This document shows positions 8,580 to 18,700 of a DNA stretch of 64,000 nucleotides, one piece after another (positions within the stretch are counted from its first letter, which is position 1; each line of letters begins with the position of its first letter). The position numbers were made by a program, and so were the translations under genes. The notes below the pieces were generated by a model that saw only the letters and a list, made by a program, of their open reading frames with translations, was not told where the DNA came from and did no database searches. Source of the stretch: Verrucomicrobiota bacterium (GTDB taxonomy: Bacteria; Verrucomicrobiota; Verrucomicrobiia; Chthoniobacterales; Chthoniobacteraceae); the NCBI GenBank assembly GCA_037143855.1, contig JBAWXX010000001.1, forward strand, positions 43,675 through 107,674. Direction: 5' to 3'.

Positions 8580-9184
8580 AGCCGGACCCCACACGCCGGC
8601 AATTTCTCGTGCGGGCGGGGCGCCTACTTGGCGTGAGCGCCTTGGCAGGTGTGGCGGTGCGCGTATGGGGCGGCGGTAATAAAGGAGCGGAGTTTACACA
8701 GCCGCCGCATCGCTACGGCTGGCAAATCAACCCGGAGGCCTGCACCTACTGTGGCTTATGCGAAACAGCCTGCGTACGCGGGCCTTCGGCGGTTAAAGCG
8801 GTCAATGACCAGAAGAAATGCTCCAACTGTGTCGCCTGCTACGGTCACCTGTGTGATCTGAAAACCCCGAGCCGCTTGATTGCCACGACCGATAAACTGG
8901 TCTGCCCGCATGACGCCGTGCAGCGGACCCGCTTGTCGGGCGGCCTCGACGGCGCTTATACCTACCTCATTGATCCAGATAAATGCACCGGCTGCGCCCA
9001 ATGTGCGCGCCAGTGCAATCTCCATGGCAGCCGCTCGATGTTTCTGGTCATCCGGCCCGATCTTTGTCTCGGCTGTAACGACTGCGCCATCGCGCGGGTC
9101 TGCCCCAGCAAAGCGGTCGAGCGGGTGCCTCTTTATCCGGCAAACGATTTCCGCGGCGTTTACCTACCGGAGCAAACGTCATAA
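8576..9184 (+). CDS. Tat-exported tetra-[4Fe-4S] ferredoxin, NapG/MauM-like
   Basis: The start ATG overlaps the upstream stop (ATGA). Twin-arginine motif TRRQFLV. Cys motifs are CTYCGLCETAC, CSNCVACYGHLC, CTGCAQCARQC and CLGCNDCAIARVCP, plus a lone CP (VCPHDAV). Confidence 0.8.
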   Translation: MKPDPTRRQFLVRAGRLLGVSALAGVAVRVWGGGNKGAEFTQPPHRYGWQINPEACTYCGLCETACVRGPSAVKAVNDQKKCSNCVACYGHLCDLKTPSRLIATTDKLVCPHDAVQRTRLSGGLDGAYTYLIDPDKCTGCAQCARQCNLHGSRSMFLVIRPDLCLGCNDCAIARVCPSKAVERVPLYPANDFRGVYLPEQTS

Positions 9185-9188
9185 TTTT

Positions 9189-10271
9189 ATGGTTGGAATT
9201 TTCGATTCGCCGATCAAATGGCGGCGCGCCTTTCCAATCTTGCTGGTTTTGACAATGATGGCAGCCCTCATGGGAGAAGTCGCTGCGGAGGAGACAGAGG
9301 CATTCGATCCCGGCAAGGTCACCGGATCGGAAATCCAAGCATACCGGGACCAGTATGTGCCCCGGGAATATCCCGCGCCAGCGCGTGCGTGGTTCTATGC
9401 CGATGTGGCCGTAGTGACCGGCCTGTTGTTGAGCGGGATGTGGCTGGTACGCACAAATCGTCCCGTTCGATGGATCTCGGCCCAACTGGCGCTGGCCCTG
9501 CTCTATTTGGGAGTGATCCGGGGCGGATGCATCTGCCCGGTAGGCGCAACGGCCAATGTTGCGCTCGGCGTATCACACCCAGAATTGGTCGGGCGGGCGA
9601 CGCTGGCACTTTTTCTGGTTCCGCTCATGGCGGCCTTGGCAAGCGGACGGATTTTTTGCGCTACGGTGTGTCCGCTGGGTGCGGTGCAGCAGCTGCTTTC
9701 TGGAAACCGGCCCCGGTTAGTACCGCGTCCGTTACATCGCATCCTGCTGGCGCTGCCGGTAGTGGTGTTGCTGGCAACGGCCGGAGCAATATGGACGGGG
9801 ATCGGATTTCTGCCTTGCTTACTCGATCCTTACAAACCCCTCTTTTTTCAAGGTCATGCATTTATGCAGAAACTGACCGCTTTGCTCTCATTGGGCTATG
9901 CCGAACCGGTCCGTATTCTGGCTGGGAGTGGCTTGGCCTGGGCAATTTTAGTGGCCGCATTGGTTGTCGGATGGTTTATTCCACGCGTGTTTTGCCGCTA
10001 TGTCTGCCCGTATGGCGTTTTACTGGGACTGCTTTCTGCGGTGGGATTTTGGCGGCGAGAAATCGATGTGGAAGCCTGCATAAACTGTGGACGCTGCGTA
10101 AAGCACTGCCCGGTGCAGGCGATTCAACATTCGCCCGATGGAAAGACATTGAAACTATCTTCCTATCAATGCGTGCAGTGCGGTAGCTGTTCCACAATTT
10201 GCAAGCGTCAATCCATCCTGCGCCAAAACCCAAAGACGCCCCTGCCAACTTCCGCTCCCGGCGGTCCTTGA
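9189..10271 (+). CDS. Integral-membrane polyferredoxin, NapH/MauN/YccM-like
   Basis: ATG at 9189 lies 4 nt after the upstream stop. It has multiple TM helices and membrane-proximal motifs CICPVGA, CATVCPLGA and CRYVCPYG. Two C-terminal 4Fe-4S motifs are present: CINCGRCVKHCP and CVQCGSCSTIC. Confidence 0.8.
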   Translation: MVGIFDSPIKWRRAFPILLVLTMMAALMGEVAAEETEAFDPGKVTGSEIQAYRDQYVPREYPAPARAWFYADVAVVTGLLLSGMWLVRTNRPVRWISAQLALALLYLGVIRGGCICPVGATANVALGVSHPELVGRATLALFLVPLMAALASGRIFCATVCPLGAVQQLLSGNRPRLVPRPLHRILLALPVVVLLATAGAIWTGIGFLPCLLDPYKPLFFQGHAFMQKLTALLSLGYAEPVRILAGSGLAWAILVAALVVGWFIPRVFCRYVCPYGVLLGLLSAVGFWRREIDVEACINCGRCVKHCPVQAIQHSPDGKTLKLSSYQCVQCGSCSTICKRQSILRQNPKTPLPTSAPGGP

Positions 10272-10326
10272 GGAACTCGGCGAGGCGTGCCTCGGCCACG
10301 CTGAAGCTGGAAGTTTTCAACGGCTT

Positions 10327-10391
10327 CTAGTACCTTGTAACAAGGAAAATGGCGCATAGAGCGCCGGATTTTATGCGTTACAAGGCACTAG
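10327..10391. repeat. Family-B small element, short 65-bp form (B2)
   Basis: CTAGTACCTTGTAAC...GTTACAAGGCACTAG has 15-bp terminal inverted repeats with 1 mismatch. The first 46 nt are identical to 5068..5113. Confidence 0.8.
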
Positions 10392-10440
10392 GTTTCTTTG
10401 CCATCCGCGAAGGCTCTGGCATAGTAGCGGCCTGACTTAA

Positions 10441-10502
10441 AACGCTCTAACAAGCCGCTTTGAGCGGCGCACCTTAACAAGGCACCAGTTCTACTGGTGG
10501 TA
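10441..10502 (-). repeat. Double-hairpin repeat (family D), copy 1, abutting a solo family-A-like terminus
   Basis: The reverse complement ACCACCAGTAGAACTGGTG...GCCGCTCAAAGCGGCTTGTTAGAGCGTT parallels 25691..25750 (ACCACCAGTGAAACTGGTG...GCCGCTCAAAGCGGCCTATTGATAGACG). TAGAGCGTTTTAAGT resembles the A3 terminus TAAAGCGTTTTAAGT. Confidence 0.5.
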
Positions 10503-10648
10503 TTTGATACCCGATCACGAAATTGCAGGCTGAGTGCCCCACCAACCGAAGGCTTAATCGAGAAGGCTGGGCACATGGCGTGTATCGATCACTGGCTTGA
10601 GAATACGTTGCGTTTTCCCACGTTGCCAGTCGGGGCCTGCACTTCCAA

Positions 10649-12559
10649 CTACCTGCCCTTTGACTGCGTGTCGAGCCACGTATGAAAACCCATAGGCGCA
10701 ATCGTCACTTGGCTGTTCAGCGCAAACTCGGTAGTGCCAAAATTAACCGCAACATGCCAGCCATTGGAAAAATCAGTTTGCTGGACATTCCGGTCGGGCG
10801 TCAGCCAGCGATGATTGACCAACGCCGCCCCAAAGAGCTTTTCATAGACAGGCACAACCCGGTTATAGGACTCCAGGATCTTCTCCTTGTTTTTCCAATA
10901 GGTTCGGTTGTCGATGTGGTAGGAAGGCGCCGTTCCATAAAGGATATTGAAAAGGTCCTTCTTGAGCATGTATTCGGGCTGCACAAGGGAGTTGTCGCCC
11001 CAGGCCCAGGTCGCCACCCGGGCGTCCCCATAGACGATGCCATTGGCGGGCACTCGCTTTTCGTGAGACATATTGAAATTCTTGAAGTCCTCAGTGGGCG
11101 GCACCGGGTCCAAGCGCCCCTCCATGTGATAGACGCTCATCCCGCCTTCACTGACCGTGAGGTAAGGCGTTCCCCATGCGGCGCCACCTTCGCCCCCCAG
11201 GATCATGCCGTGGTCATAGAAGAGCTTGAAGACTCGCAGGCGCCCTTCCATCGATTGCTTCGGGTTCACCGGATGTTGGGGATTGTAATCCTGGTCCAGC
11301 CACAGCGCCGCTCCGGGGGTGACATCGAAAAACCGATAGGTAAACCGATAGTCAGCCGATTCCGCTTCGAGCCGCTCCTTGGCCGCCTCAAAACTCATGG
11401 CCGGTGAGTCGACATACCGATTCCCTTTGGGTCCGACGTTGGCGCGCAGCTCGCCCCGTTCGTTTAGCCCGACATGCTCGGGAATCCGGCCGAATCGCTT
11501 GTAGCGCTCCATCCACTCCACGGAAATCTTGTCATACCCGTTGGCCTGATACCATTCCTTCGACATGAGATCGAAGTAGTTGTCATAGATGCCGACAATA
11601 CCGTTGAACTTTTTTTCGATTTTTTGGGCCTCCTCGGGATTGATGTAAAAATTGAACCCCAGCCCCAAAATCCCCTTGTTCATGCCCGAAGCCGCCATGT
11701 CGTCCAGGATTTTTAAGACCTGATCCGCTCCGGAACGCCCCGGATAGATCCAAAACAACGGCGCGCCCTTCAATTTTGCAATCGCCGGATTGTCCTTCTG
11801 CTTATCTGAGAGACTGCGATAATTGCCGCTCTCCATGAGGTGTTTGCGGAAGTTCAAAGCAATGTTCACATAGCCGCCATTCTGCTGAAAAATATACCTG
11901 ACGCTTCGCGGTTCCTGGAACTTCTCGAGATATGCTCCGAACGAGAGTTCCGGGACCAAAGTGGGTTTGCCGGAAACCTGCTTGAGCCTCAGTGACAAAC
12001 CACCGTGATAGAAATCGTTGTTTATCAGGGTATACCCCTCGCCGGTCTGCGGGTGGAACAAGCCCGCCCATTCCAGGCAAGGGTTGGTGATGGCATTGGG
12101 GCACCTTTGCGGCATCGCCGGATCGTCCACTTTGTACAACAACCCATAGCCGTCCGGGATAACCCACTCAAAGCCCTTCCCGCAAACGGTAAAAGGCACG
12201 AGGAAATTCACAATTTGTATCTTCTGATCCGGATCCATTTGCAGGGTCACGTCGACCACCGGCGAGTCCGGCGCCAACCTGTAATTGAGCGACGGCTTAA
12301 AGGGGCCAGAGGAGAAGGAGACTTTCACCCCATCTTTTTGGGGCACGACCGCCACATCTTTGATTTTATTCAACTCGAAACCGGGCATCTGTTTGTAAAC
12401 AGTGCCCGTTTTGAGGTCGGCAACCTCCACCAAGGAGGTGGTCTCATCGACCTTCAAGGAGAGAAATTTGTTTTTAACCTCGAGCGCGTTGGCCGAGGAA
12501 AACCCCAACAGGGACGGCAGCAACCAAACATAAACCAAACAGTTACTGAGATTTCGCAT
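10649..12559 (-). CDS. Secreted putative glycoside hydrolase of an uncharacterised family (paralog of the C-terminal module of 13101..15764)
   Basis: 636 aa with signal peptide MRNLSNCLVYVWLLPSLLGFSSANA. It shares conserved blocks with the neighbouring gene: TGTVYxQMPxFxLN, GFEWVxPxGYGxLY, KKDLFNILYGTAPSY and HRWLTxDRNVQQxxFSNGW. The family assignment is not verified. Confidence 0.7.
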   Translation of the reverse strand: MRNLSNCLVYVWLLPSLLGFSSANALEVKNKFLSLKVDETTSLVEVADLKTGTVYKQMPGFELNKIKDVAVVPQKDGVKVSFSSGPFKPSLNYRLAPDSPVVDVTLQMDPDQKIQIVNFLVPFTVCGKGFEWVIPDGYGLLYKVDDPAMPQRCPNAITNPCLEWAGLFHPQTGEGYTLINNDFYHGGLSLRLKQVSGKPTLVPELSFGAYLEKFQEPRSVRYIFQQNGGYVNIALNFRKHLMESGNYRSLSDKQKDNPAIAKLKGAPLFWIYPGRSGADQVLKILDDMAASGMNKGILGLGFNFYINPEEAQKIEKKFNGIVGIYDNYFDLMSKEWYQANGYDKISVEWMERYKRFGRIPEHVGLNERGELRANVGPKGNRYVDSPAMSFEAAKERLEAESADYRFTYRFFDVTPGAALWLDQDYNPQHPVNPKQSMEGRLRVFKLFYDHGMILGGEGGAAWGTPYLTVSEGGMSVYHMEGRLDPVPPTEDFKNFNMSHEKRVPANGIVYGDARVATWAWGDNSLVQPEYMLKKDLFNILYGTAPSYHIDNRTYWKNKEKILESYNRVVPVYEKLFGAALVNHRWLTPDRNVQQTDFSNGWHVAVNFGTTEFALNSQVTIAPMGFHTWLDTQSKGR

Positions 12560-13100
12560 AATTTTCGGCGACGTTTTTCTGAGCGTTAAAAGTTAATGGC
12601 GGATGGTCGGGGTCCCTGCCACAAGGAGGGGACGAGAAATGGAAGCAACCAACCATCCAACCATGAGAAAGAATCAAAGAGCAAAAGAGCGGCTCTTGCA
12701 AGAACGTACTGGCCCGGAAGGAATCGAGGATGTGTTTCGATAGCATCTGCGCGGGGGAGATCCAGGCGACACTCTGGGAATTGATGCAGGAAGAGGCGCT
12801 GGCGCTGTGCGGTAACTAAAACTGATTATTTTTAATTGTGGCTGGACACAAGACAGCCCGCCCCCCCTCACTCACGAGAAAAAGTGAATAAAGTGTTACA
12901 CGAAAGCGTCAGAAATGGGCTAAATCATTTAGAAGGCGCTAGAATCTGAAATGAAGTTCCCTTCCATTCAAGTCACGAGGCTTTGGACAGGTTTGTTCCA
13001 AAAGCCGGACGCAATGAAAAGACCAAGGCGGATGACATCACACTGATGTGCTGGCACCGGCGGGCACACTGACGAACAAATAACAACAGGAGATGATGAG

Positions 13101-15764
13101 ATGAAAAACAGATTCAAATTCATGAAACTATTGGGTCTGGTTGCCGCATGCCTGGCAGCAAGTTCCGCTCATGCGGAATTGGGGCGCGTGACCCTGGATA
13201 TTGTGGAGCAGTATCCCGAGGCTTTGATCAAGAAGGGCGATCCGGGAACCGAGGTGGCCACGACCGGTGTCGAGAACGGACTGTTGCTGAAAGTCGCGGG
13301 GAAATATCATTTCTTTACATCCATATGGATGGATGCGGTACAAATCGGCTCCACGTTTGGCAACGGATACTGGACAAGTCCCGACGGGATCAAATGGAGG
13401 CTGGAGAAGGTGCTGCAAGCGCCCGGGCGGGACCGCACCGGAGAGGACGTGCGGACGTTGTTCTGGGAGCCGATTCCCGTTTATGATTCAAAGGCCGAAC
13501 GCTGGAACCTCATCTATATGTCCGGCCGGTGGGTGGGGCCGAAAGCCATGGCGCTTGGGGAAAAAGGTACGGGCAAATGGGATGGGCGGCCCTGGCGCGC
13601 CGTTTCCAAGACCAAAGGCCTGGAAGGGATCGGCGGGCCATGGAAGGAACTCGGGGAGATCGACCACGGCCCTTACGATCCGTGGGAGGGGCGGCAGTAT
13701 ATTGGCGAGTGGGGCAGCACGAGCACGTGGTTTCCTTATGCCTGTGGCGACCGATGGATGGCCATGTACGGCAGTCACCGCGGCTGGCAGGTCGGATTGG
13801 CCGAGGCGCAGAGCCTGCAGGGGCCTTGGAAACGGCTGAGCCGGCTCAATCCCCTGACCTTGAGCGGCGGTTATGGCAACGAATCTCCGAGGGTGTTCCG
13901 TTTAAAGAGCGGGCGGTACCTGTGCCTGTTCAACGTCATCAAGGATATGCGCTATCCCGACCCGAAGATGGAAGTCGAGTTCACCCACCCGATGTTCTCG
14001 CATCTGGGCATGGGATACAGCGATTCGGCGGACGGCGTCCATTGGTCGGAATCCCGGTTTTTAATGCTGAAGGCCGATGACAAGTTGTGGTGCAAACAGA
14101 TGCGCACGCCGGTCGGTTTTATCGAGGAACCGGACGGGACCTACACGCTCTACTACACGGCGATGACGGATGGGTTTTTTAAGGGGTTTGAAGGGTTGGG
14201 GCGGGTGCGCGTCAGCGTCACGGAGGAAAAACCGCTTTCTCGTCCAGTCCCAGTGGCGGCTGGTGACGATGCCAGTTCAATAAAGCTCGAGAACCCTTAC
14301 CTGATCCTCCAGGTGGATAAGAGCACCGGGTTGGCGAAGGTCACGGACCGGAGAACCGGGACGGTTTATACACAGATGCCAGCGTTCGACTTGAACCGCA
14401 TCAGCGATGTCCGTTTGGCGGCCAAAGAAGATGGGAGGGAGATCGAGACTGCCTTCACCTTCGATCGGATCCCGACGACCTTGTCCTACCGGTTGTTGCC
14501 CGAGTCGCCGGAACTTGAGGTGAGCGTGGATCTGCCGCCCGACCCGGCGATCAAGTCCGTTCCACTTCCCGTGCCTTTTACGGTTGCGGACCAGGGCTTC
14601 GAATGGGTGGTGCCGGAGGGGTACGGGATGTTGTACGCCGTGGACAATCCTTCCATGCCGCAAGCGGCCGTAAACGGGGAGCTTCAGCTTGGCGTCTTTG
14701 GCAGTTCGTTGTCGGCATGGATGGGATTGGTCCAGCCGAAATCCGGTGCGGGCTACGCGCTGATCTTCAAGGATCCGCATGCCGTGGAGGCCGCCCTGAA
14801 GTTGACGGATACGGGGGATCGGAAAGCGCTGGTGGCGCGCATCGACCTGTTGCCCGAGAGAGGGAAGTTTTCCGGCAAGCGGTCGTTCAAATATATCTTC
14901 CAGGCCAAGGGCGGCCCTGTGGCTTTGGCGAAGAATTACAGGGCGTTTCTCCAGGACAACGGCTGGTACAAGAGCCTGGCCGAACAGCGGCGGGATGATA
15001 CCGCGATTGAAAACCTGCGTGGCGCGCCGGTATTCCGCATCGTCAGCCGGTTCCCTGGTACCGGAACGGCCGAGGCAACCATCAAGGTGGTGGATGACCT
15101 GCATCGCAGCGGGATTCAACGGGCCATCATCGAGCTGGGCAGTCCCGAGCTGTTCGAACGCGCTCAAGTGCAGGCCATGGAGCGACATGGTTACGTGGTA
15201 CAGTTTTCCGACCATGGTTACGAATACGCCCAGGGGTTGTTGGCGGGGCGCTGTGCCGAGGTGCCGGGCCTCATGAGCCAGGCACGCTATCAACCGGCCA
15301 TGAATGCCGGGTGGGAGCCCATGACCCCGACCCGGGACTACGCCGATTTCGCGATGGCCCATCGAAAAAGAGTGCCAGTCACGGGCGTGGTGATCGGGGA
15401 TGCCCGGGTGAGCACCTGGGCGTGGCCTGACGCCAACAACCGGGTCGCGGGTTGCTGGCTGAAGAAAGATCTCTTCAATATCCTGTATGGCACCGCTCCG
15501 AGCTATGTTTTCGACCCGGTTGGTTACTGGAAGGACAAGGATGAGATTCTCAAGTCCTGCGCCCGGGTAAGCGAGGTGTACCGCAAGATATTCGGGGCCG
15601 CGCTGGTGAGCCACCGGTGGTTGACGGAGGATCGCAATGTGCAACAGGTGGAATTCTCGAATGGGTGGGCGGTGATCGTCAATTTCGGCGACATGCCCTA
15701 CAAGGCGGCCAAGGGCAATGTCGTGCCGCCGATGAGTTGTCATCTTTTCACAACGGTTCTTTAA
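13101..15764 (+). CDS. Secreted two-module putative glycoside hydrolase (N-terminal beta-propeller-like module plus C-terminal module paralogous to 10649..12559)
   Basis: 887 aa. AGGAG lies 8 nt upstream of the ATG. Signal peptide MKLLGLVAACLAASSAHA. The N-terminal ~390 aa carry repeated W/Y-rich strand motifs (YHFFTSIWMD, WTSPDGIKW, WNLIYMS, WMAMYGS, YLCLFNV, YTLYYTA) reminiscent of 5-bladed GH propellers. The C-terminal ~490 aa are colinear with the 636-aa neighbour. Confidence 0.7.
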   Translation: MKNRFKFMKLLGLVAACLAASSAHAELGRVTLDIVEQYPEALIKKGDPGTEVATTGVENGLLLKVAGKYHFFTSIWMDAVQIGSTFGNGYWTSPDGIKWRLEKVLQAPGRDRTGEDVRTLFWEPIPVYDSKAERWNLIYMSGRWVGPKAMALGEKGTGKWDGRPWRAVSKTKGLEGIGGPWKELGEIDHGPYDPWEGRQYIGEWGSTSTWFPYACGDRWMAMYGSHRGWQVGLAEAQSLQGPWKRLSRLNPLTLSGGYGNESPRVFRLKSGRYLCLFNVIKDMRYPDPKMEVEFTHPMFSHLGMGYSDSADGVHWSESRFLMLKADDKLWCKQMRTPVGFIEEPDGTYTLYYTAMTDGFFKGFEGLGRVRVSVTEEKPLSRPVPVAAGDDASSIKLENPYLILQVDKSTGLAKVTDRRTGTVYTQMPAFDLNRISDVRLAAKEDGREIETAFTFDRIPTTLSYRLLPESPELEVSVDLPPDPAIKSVPLPVPFTVADQGFEWVVPEGYGMLYAVDNPSMPQAAVNGELQLGVFGSSLSAWMGLVQPKSGAGYALIFKDPHAVEAALKLTDTGDRKALVARIDLLPERGKFSGKRSFKYIFQAKGGPVALAKNYRAFLQDNGWYKSLAEQRRDDTAIENLRGAPVFRIVSRFPGTGTAEATIKVVDDLHRSGIQRAIIELGSPELFERAQVQAMERHGYVVQFSDHGYEYAQGLLAGRCAEVPGLMSQARYQPAMNAGWEPMTPTRDYADFAMAHRKRVPVTGVVIGDARVSTWAWPDANNRVAGCWLKKDLFNILYGTAPSYVFDPVGYWKDKDEILKSCARVSEVYRKIFGAALVSHRWLTEDRNVQQVEFSNGWAVIVNFGDMPYKAAKGNVVPPMSCHLFTTVL

Positions 15765-15776
15765 TTTAATCAAGTC

Positions 15777-18700
15777 ATGTTTACTCGAAATGCGTTACGG
15801 ATGTTGGCGGTCATGCTATTGATCGGTTCGGTTGCCGGAGCGGACGGGGATATCGAGCGCGGGTTCCGCAATCCGCCCGAGAGCGCCAAACCGCAGGTCT
15901 GGTGGCACTGGATGAATGGCAACATCACCAAGGAGGGAATCACGGTCGATCTGGAAGCGATGAAACGCGTCGGGTTGGGCGGAGCCCAGATCTTCAATGC
16001 CGACCAGGGAACTCCGGAAGGATCGGCGCGATTTATGACCGAACCGTGGCGGCAACTGACCCGCCATGCCCTCGCAGAAGCCGACCGGCTGGGGCTGGAA
16101 CTCGGCCTGCACAATTGCGCGGGTTGGTCCAGCAGCGGCGGCCCATGGATTACTCCTGAACACAGCATGCAGACGGTCGTCACCAGCGAGCAGACGGTCC
16201 AAGGTCCCGCGCATTTCTCGGCGGTTCTTCCCAAGCCCAAAGTTTTTATCGATTATTACCGCGATATAGCCGTCCTGGCCTTTCGGACGCCTCGCGGTGA
16301 GTCCGGCCGGGTGAAGGACTGTGCGCCCAAAGTTACGGCGAGCACGCCGGAATTTGATGCGGCCAAGATCATGGATGGCGATCTCGCGACCCAGACACCG
16401 CTGCCAATGCCGGCGGCCCCGCTCAATCCATACGTGCAGTTCGAGTTTGCTCAGCCGTTTGCGGCCCGGACGCTGACGCTGGGGGGCAATCTTTCCTGGA
16501 CCTGCGAGCTGCAGGTTTCCGACGATGGAACTCACTTCAAAACAATCCGAAAATTTGTAACTCCGGGTGCAATGGCATTGCAGCACTTGGGGTTGACCGA
16601 TGCGGTGGATCCGATCAGGGCTCGCTTCTATCGGGTGGAATTCCCGCGGCAGCCCGGCATTCAGATTGCCGAGGTCAATTTATCGGAGCGTTTAAGCGTG
16701 GAGAAGTTCGATGTTAAAGTCGCTAACTGCCGCGAAATTGGTTTTAATGCCGCGCCTGAGTATAGCGTTCGTCCCGATAACGTCGCACTCTCCGCAGGCC
16801 AGAGCGCCCCGGAGTTCGCGGTGCCGCGCGAAGGGGTCGTCGATCTCACCAGCCGAATGGCTCCCGATGGCCGCCTGGACTGGGAGGTGCCGCCCGGGCA
16901 GTGGACGATTTTGCGCCTGGGCCACACACCGACTCGCTCCTTTAACCATCCGGCTGCTGCGGGCGGTATGGGACCGGAATGCGATAAACTCAGCAAGGCT
17001 GGCGCAGAGGCCCACTGGGCGGGTATGATGCAAACCGTCATCTCGGACGCCGGTTTACTGACGGGAAAATCGCTCAACAATGTCCTTATTGATAGCTATG
17101 AGGTCGGCTCCCAGAACTGGACGGCGGATTTTCGCGCGGAATTTCTGCGTCGGCGCGGTTATGATTTGGGTTCCTTCTTGCCAGTACTGAGTAATCGGAT
17201 TGTGGCTAGCCCGGAGATCACCGAGCGCTTTCTCTGGGATTTTCGACGCACCATTGCGGATCTATTTACTGAAAACTACTACGGCCATTTCGCGACCATG
17301 GCCCATCGCAGCGGATTGCAATTCGCCGCCGAGGCCTATGGCATGGGGAATTTTGACGAATTGGCCAGCGGGGGAGCGGCCGACATTCCGATGGGTGAGT
17401 TCTGGGCGCCTAGCGGGATCGGCGGTTCAAACTACTGTAAGCTCGCAGCGGCTTCCGCCCACACCTATGGCAGAAAGATTGCTGCAGCAGAGGCTTTTAC
17501 CGGGGGAGGGAAATGGCCGGTTCATCCCTTTGCGTGCAAGGCGGGTGGAGATTATATCTTCTCCCTAGGAATCAATCGATTCCACTTTCACCGTTACGCG
17601 ATGCAGCCTTGGACGCATCAAGCCCCCGGCATGACCCTGGGCCAGTGGGGAAGTAATTTTGAGCGGACCAACACCTGGTGGGAGCAGTCGTCCGCCTGGA
17701 TGCGCTACCTCGCCCGCTGCCAGTTTCTTCTTCAGGAGGGAACCTTCACCGCCGATCTCTGTTTCCTGGGCGGTGAGGACTATCTCGCGGGACTCCAAAT
17801 CCCACCCCAGCCATCATTGCCGACTGGCTACGATTACGACCTTTGCGACCGAAGGAAGCTCCTGGAAGGAATGAAGGTCGAGAACGGCCTCTTCACATTT
17901 CCTTCCGGCATGCGCTACCGTTTTCTTGTGCTGCCCGATTCGAAGGCGCTCACGCTCCCGGTGGTAAAAAAAGTGCGCGACTTGGTGGCTGCCGGCGGCA
18001 CGGTTATTGGTTCCAAACCGCTCTTCTCTCCATCGCTGGAGAATTATCCAGCATGCGAGGCCGAACTGCGCAAGATTGCCGACGAGGTATGGGGTCCTTG
18101 CGACGGCAAAACGGTAACCGAAAACCGCTACGGCAAAGGCCGCGTTATCTGGGGCCAATCGTACACGGAGATTTTCGCGTCCGCCAAGCTGCAACCGGAT
18201 TTCTCGTTCACCTCCGCTTCACCGGGTGCGCGATTCAATACGATCCACCGCACGTCGAAGGAGGCTGACTGGTATTTCGTATCCAATGCTGACAAGTCCT
18301 CCCTTGAGGCTATCTGTTCGTTTCGCATCACGGGGAAGCGGCCGGAGTTCTGGTATCCAGACACAGGGAAAATCGAACCCGTCGCCTGGTATCGGATCGA
18401 GAACGGACAAACCTTCGTGCCGATGCGCTTCGATCCGTTCGGTTCGGTCTTCGTCGTTTTCCGTTCGCCCTCTGCGGATAGTGTCGTCTCGGTGGCGCGT
18501 GACGGCAAGCCGATTGCCTACGACAAGAAAGAGGAGGGCGCTGGTGCTGATAGACTGGGGAATTTGTCTGGGTTCGGCCTCACGCAAAAAGGATCCGGGG
18601 TCGATCTCACGGCATTTACTCCCGGACGGTATGAATTTGCGATGACGTCGGAAAAAAAAGCAGAGGCCACCATCGATCTCCCCAGCCCGCTGGCGGTCGA

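Noticed and set aside
14277-15773. 498-aa minus-strand ORF inside the 887-aa hydrolase gene (plus similar ORFs at 15816..16586 and 18219..19175)
   Set aside because: These are antisense to signal-peptide-bearing genes that have paralog support. Their composition is Arg/His/Pro/Gly-rich with no domain-like pattern.
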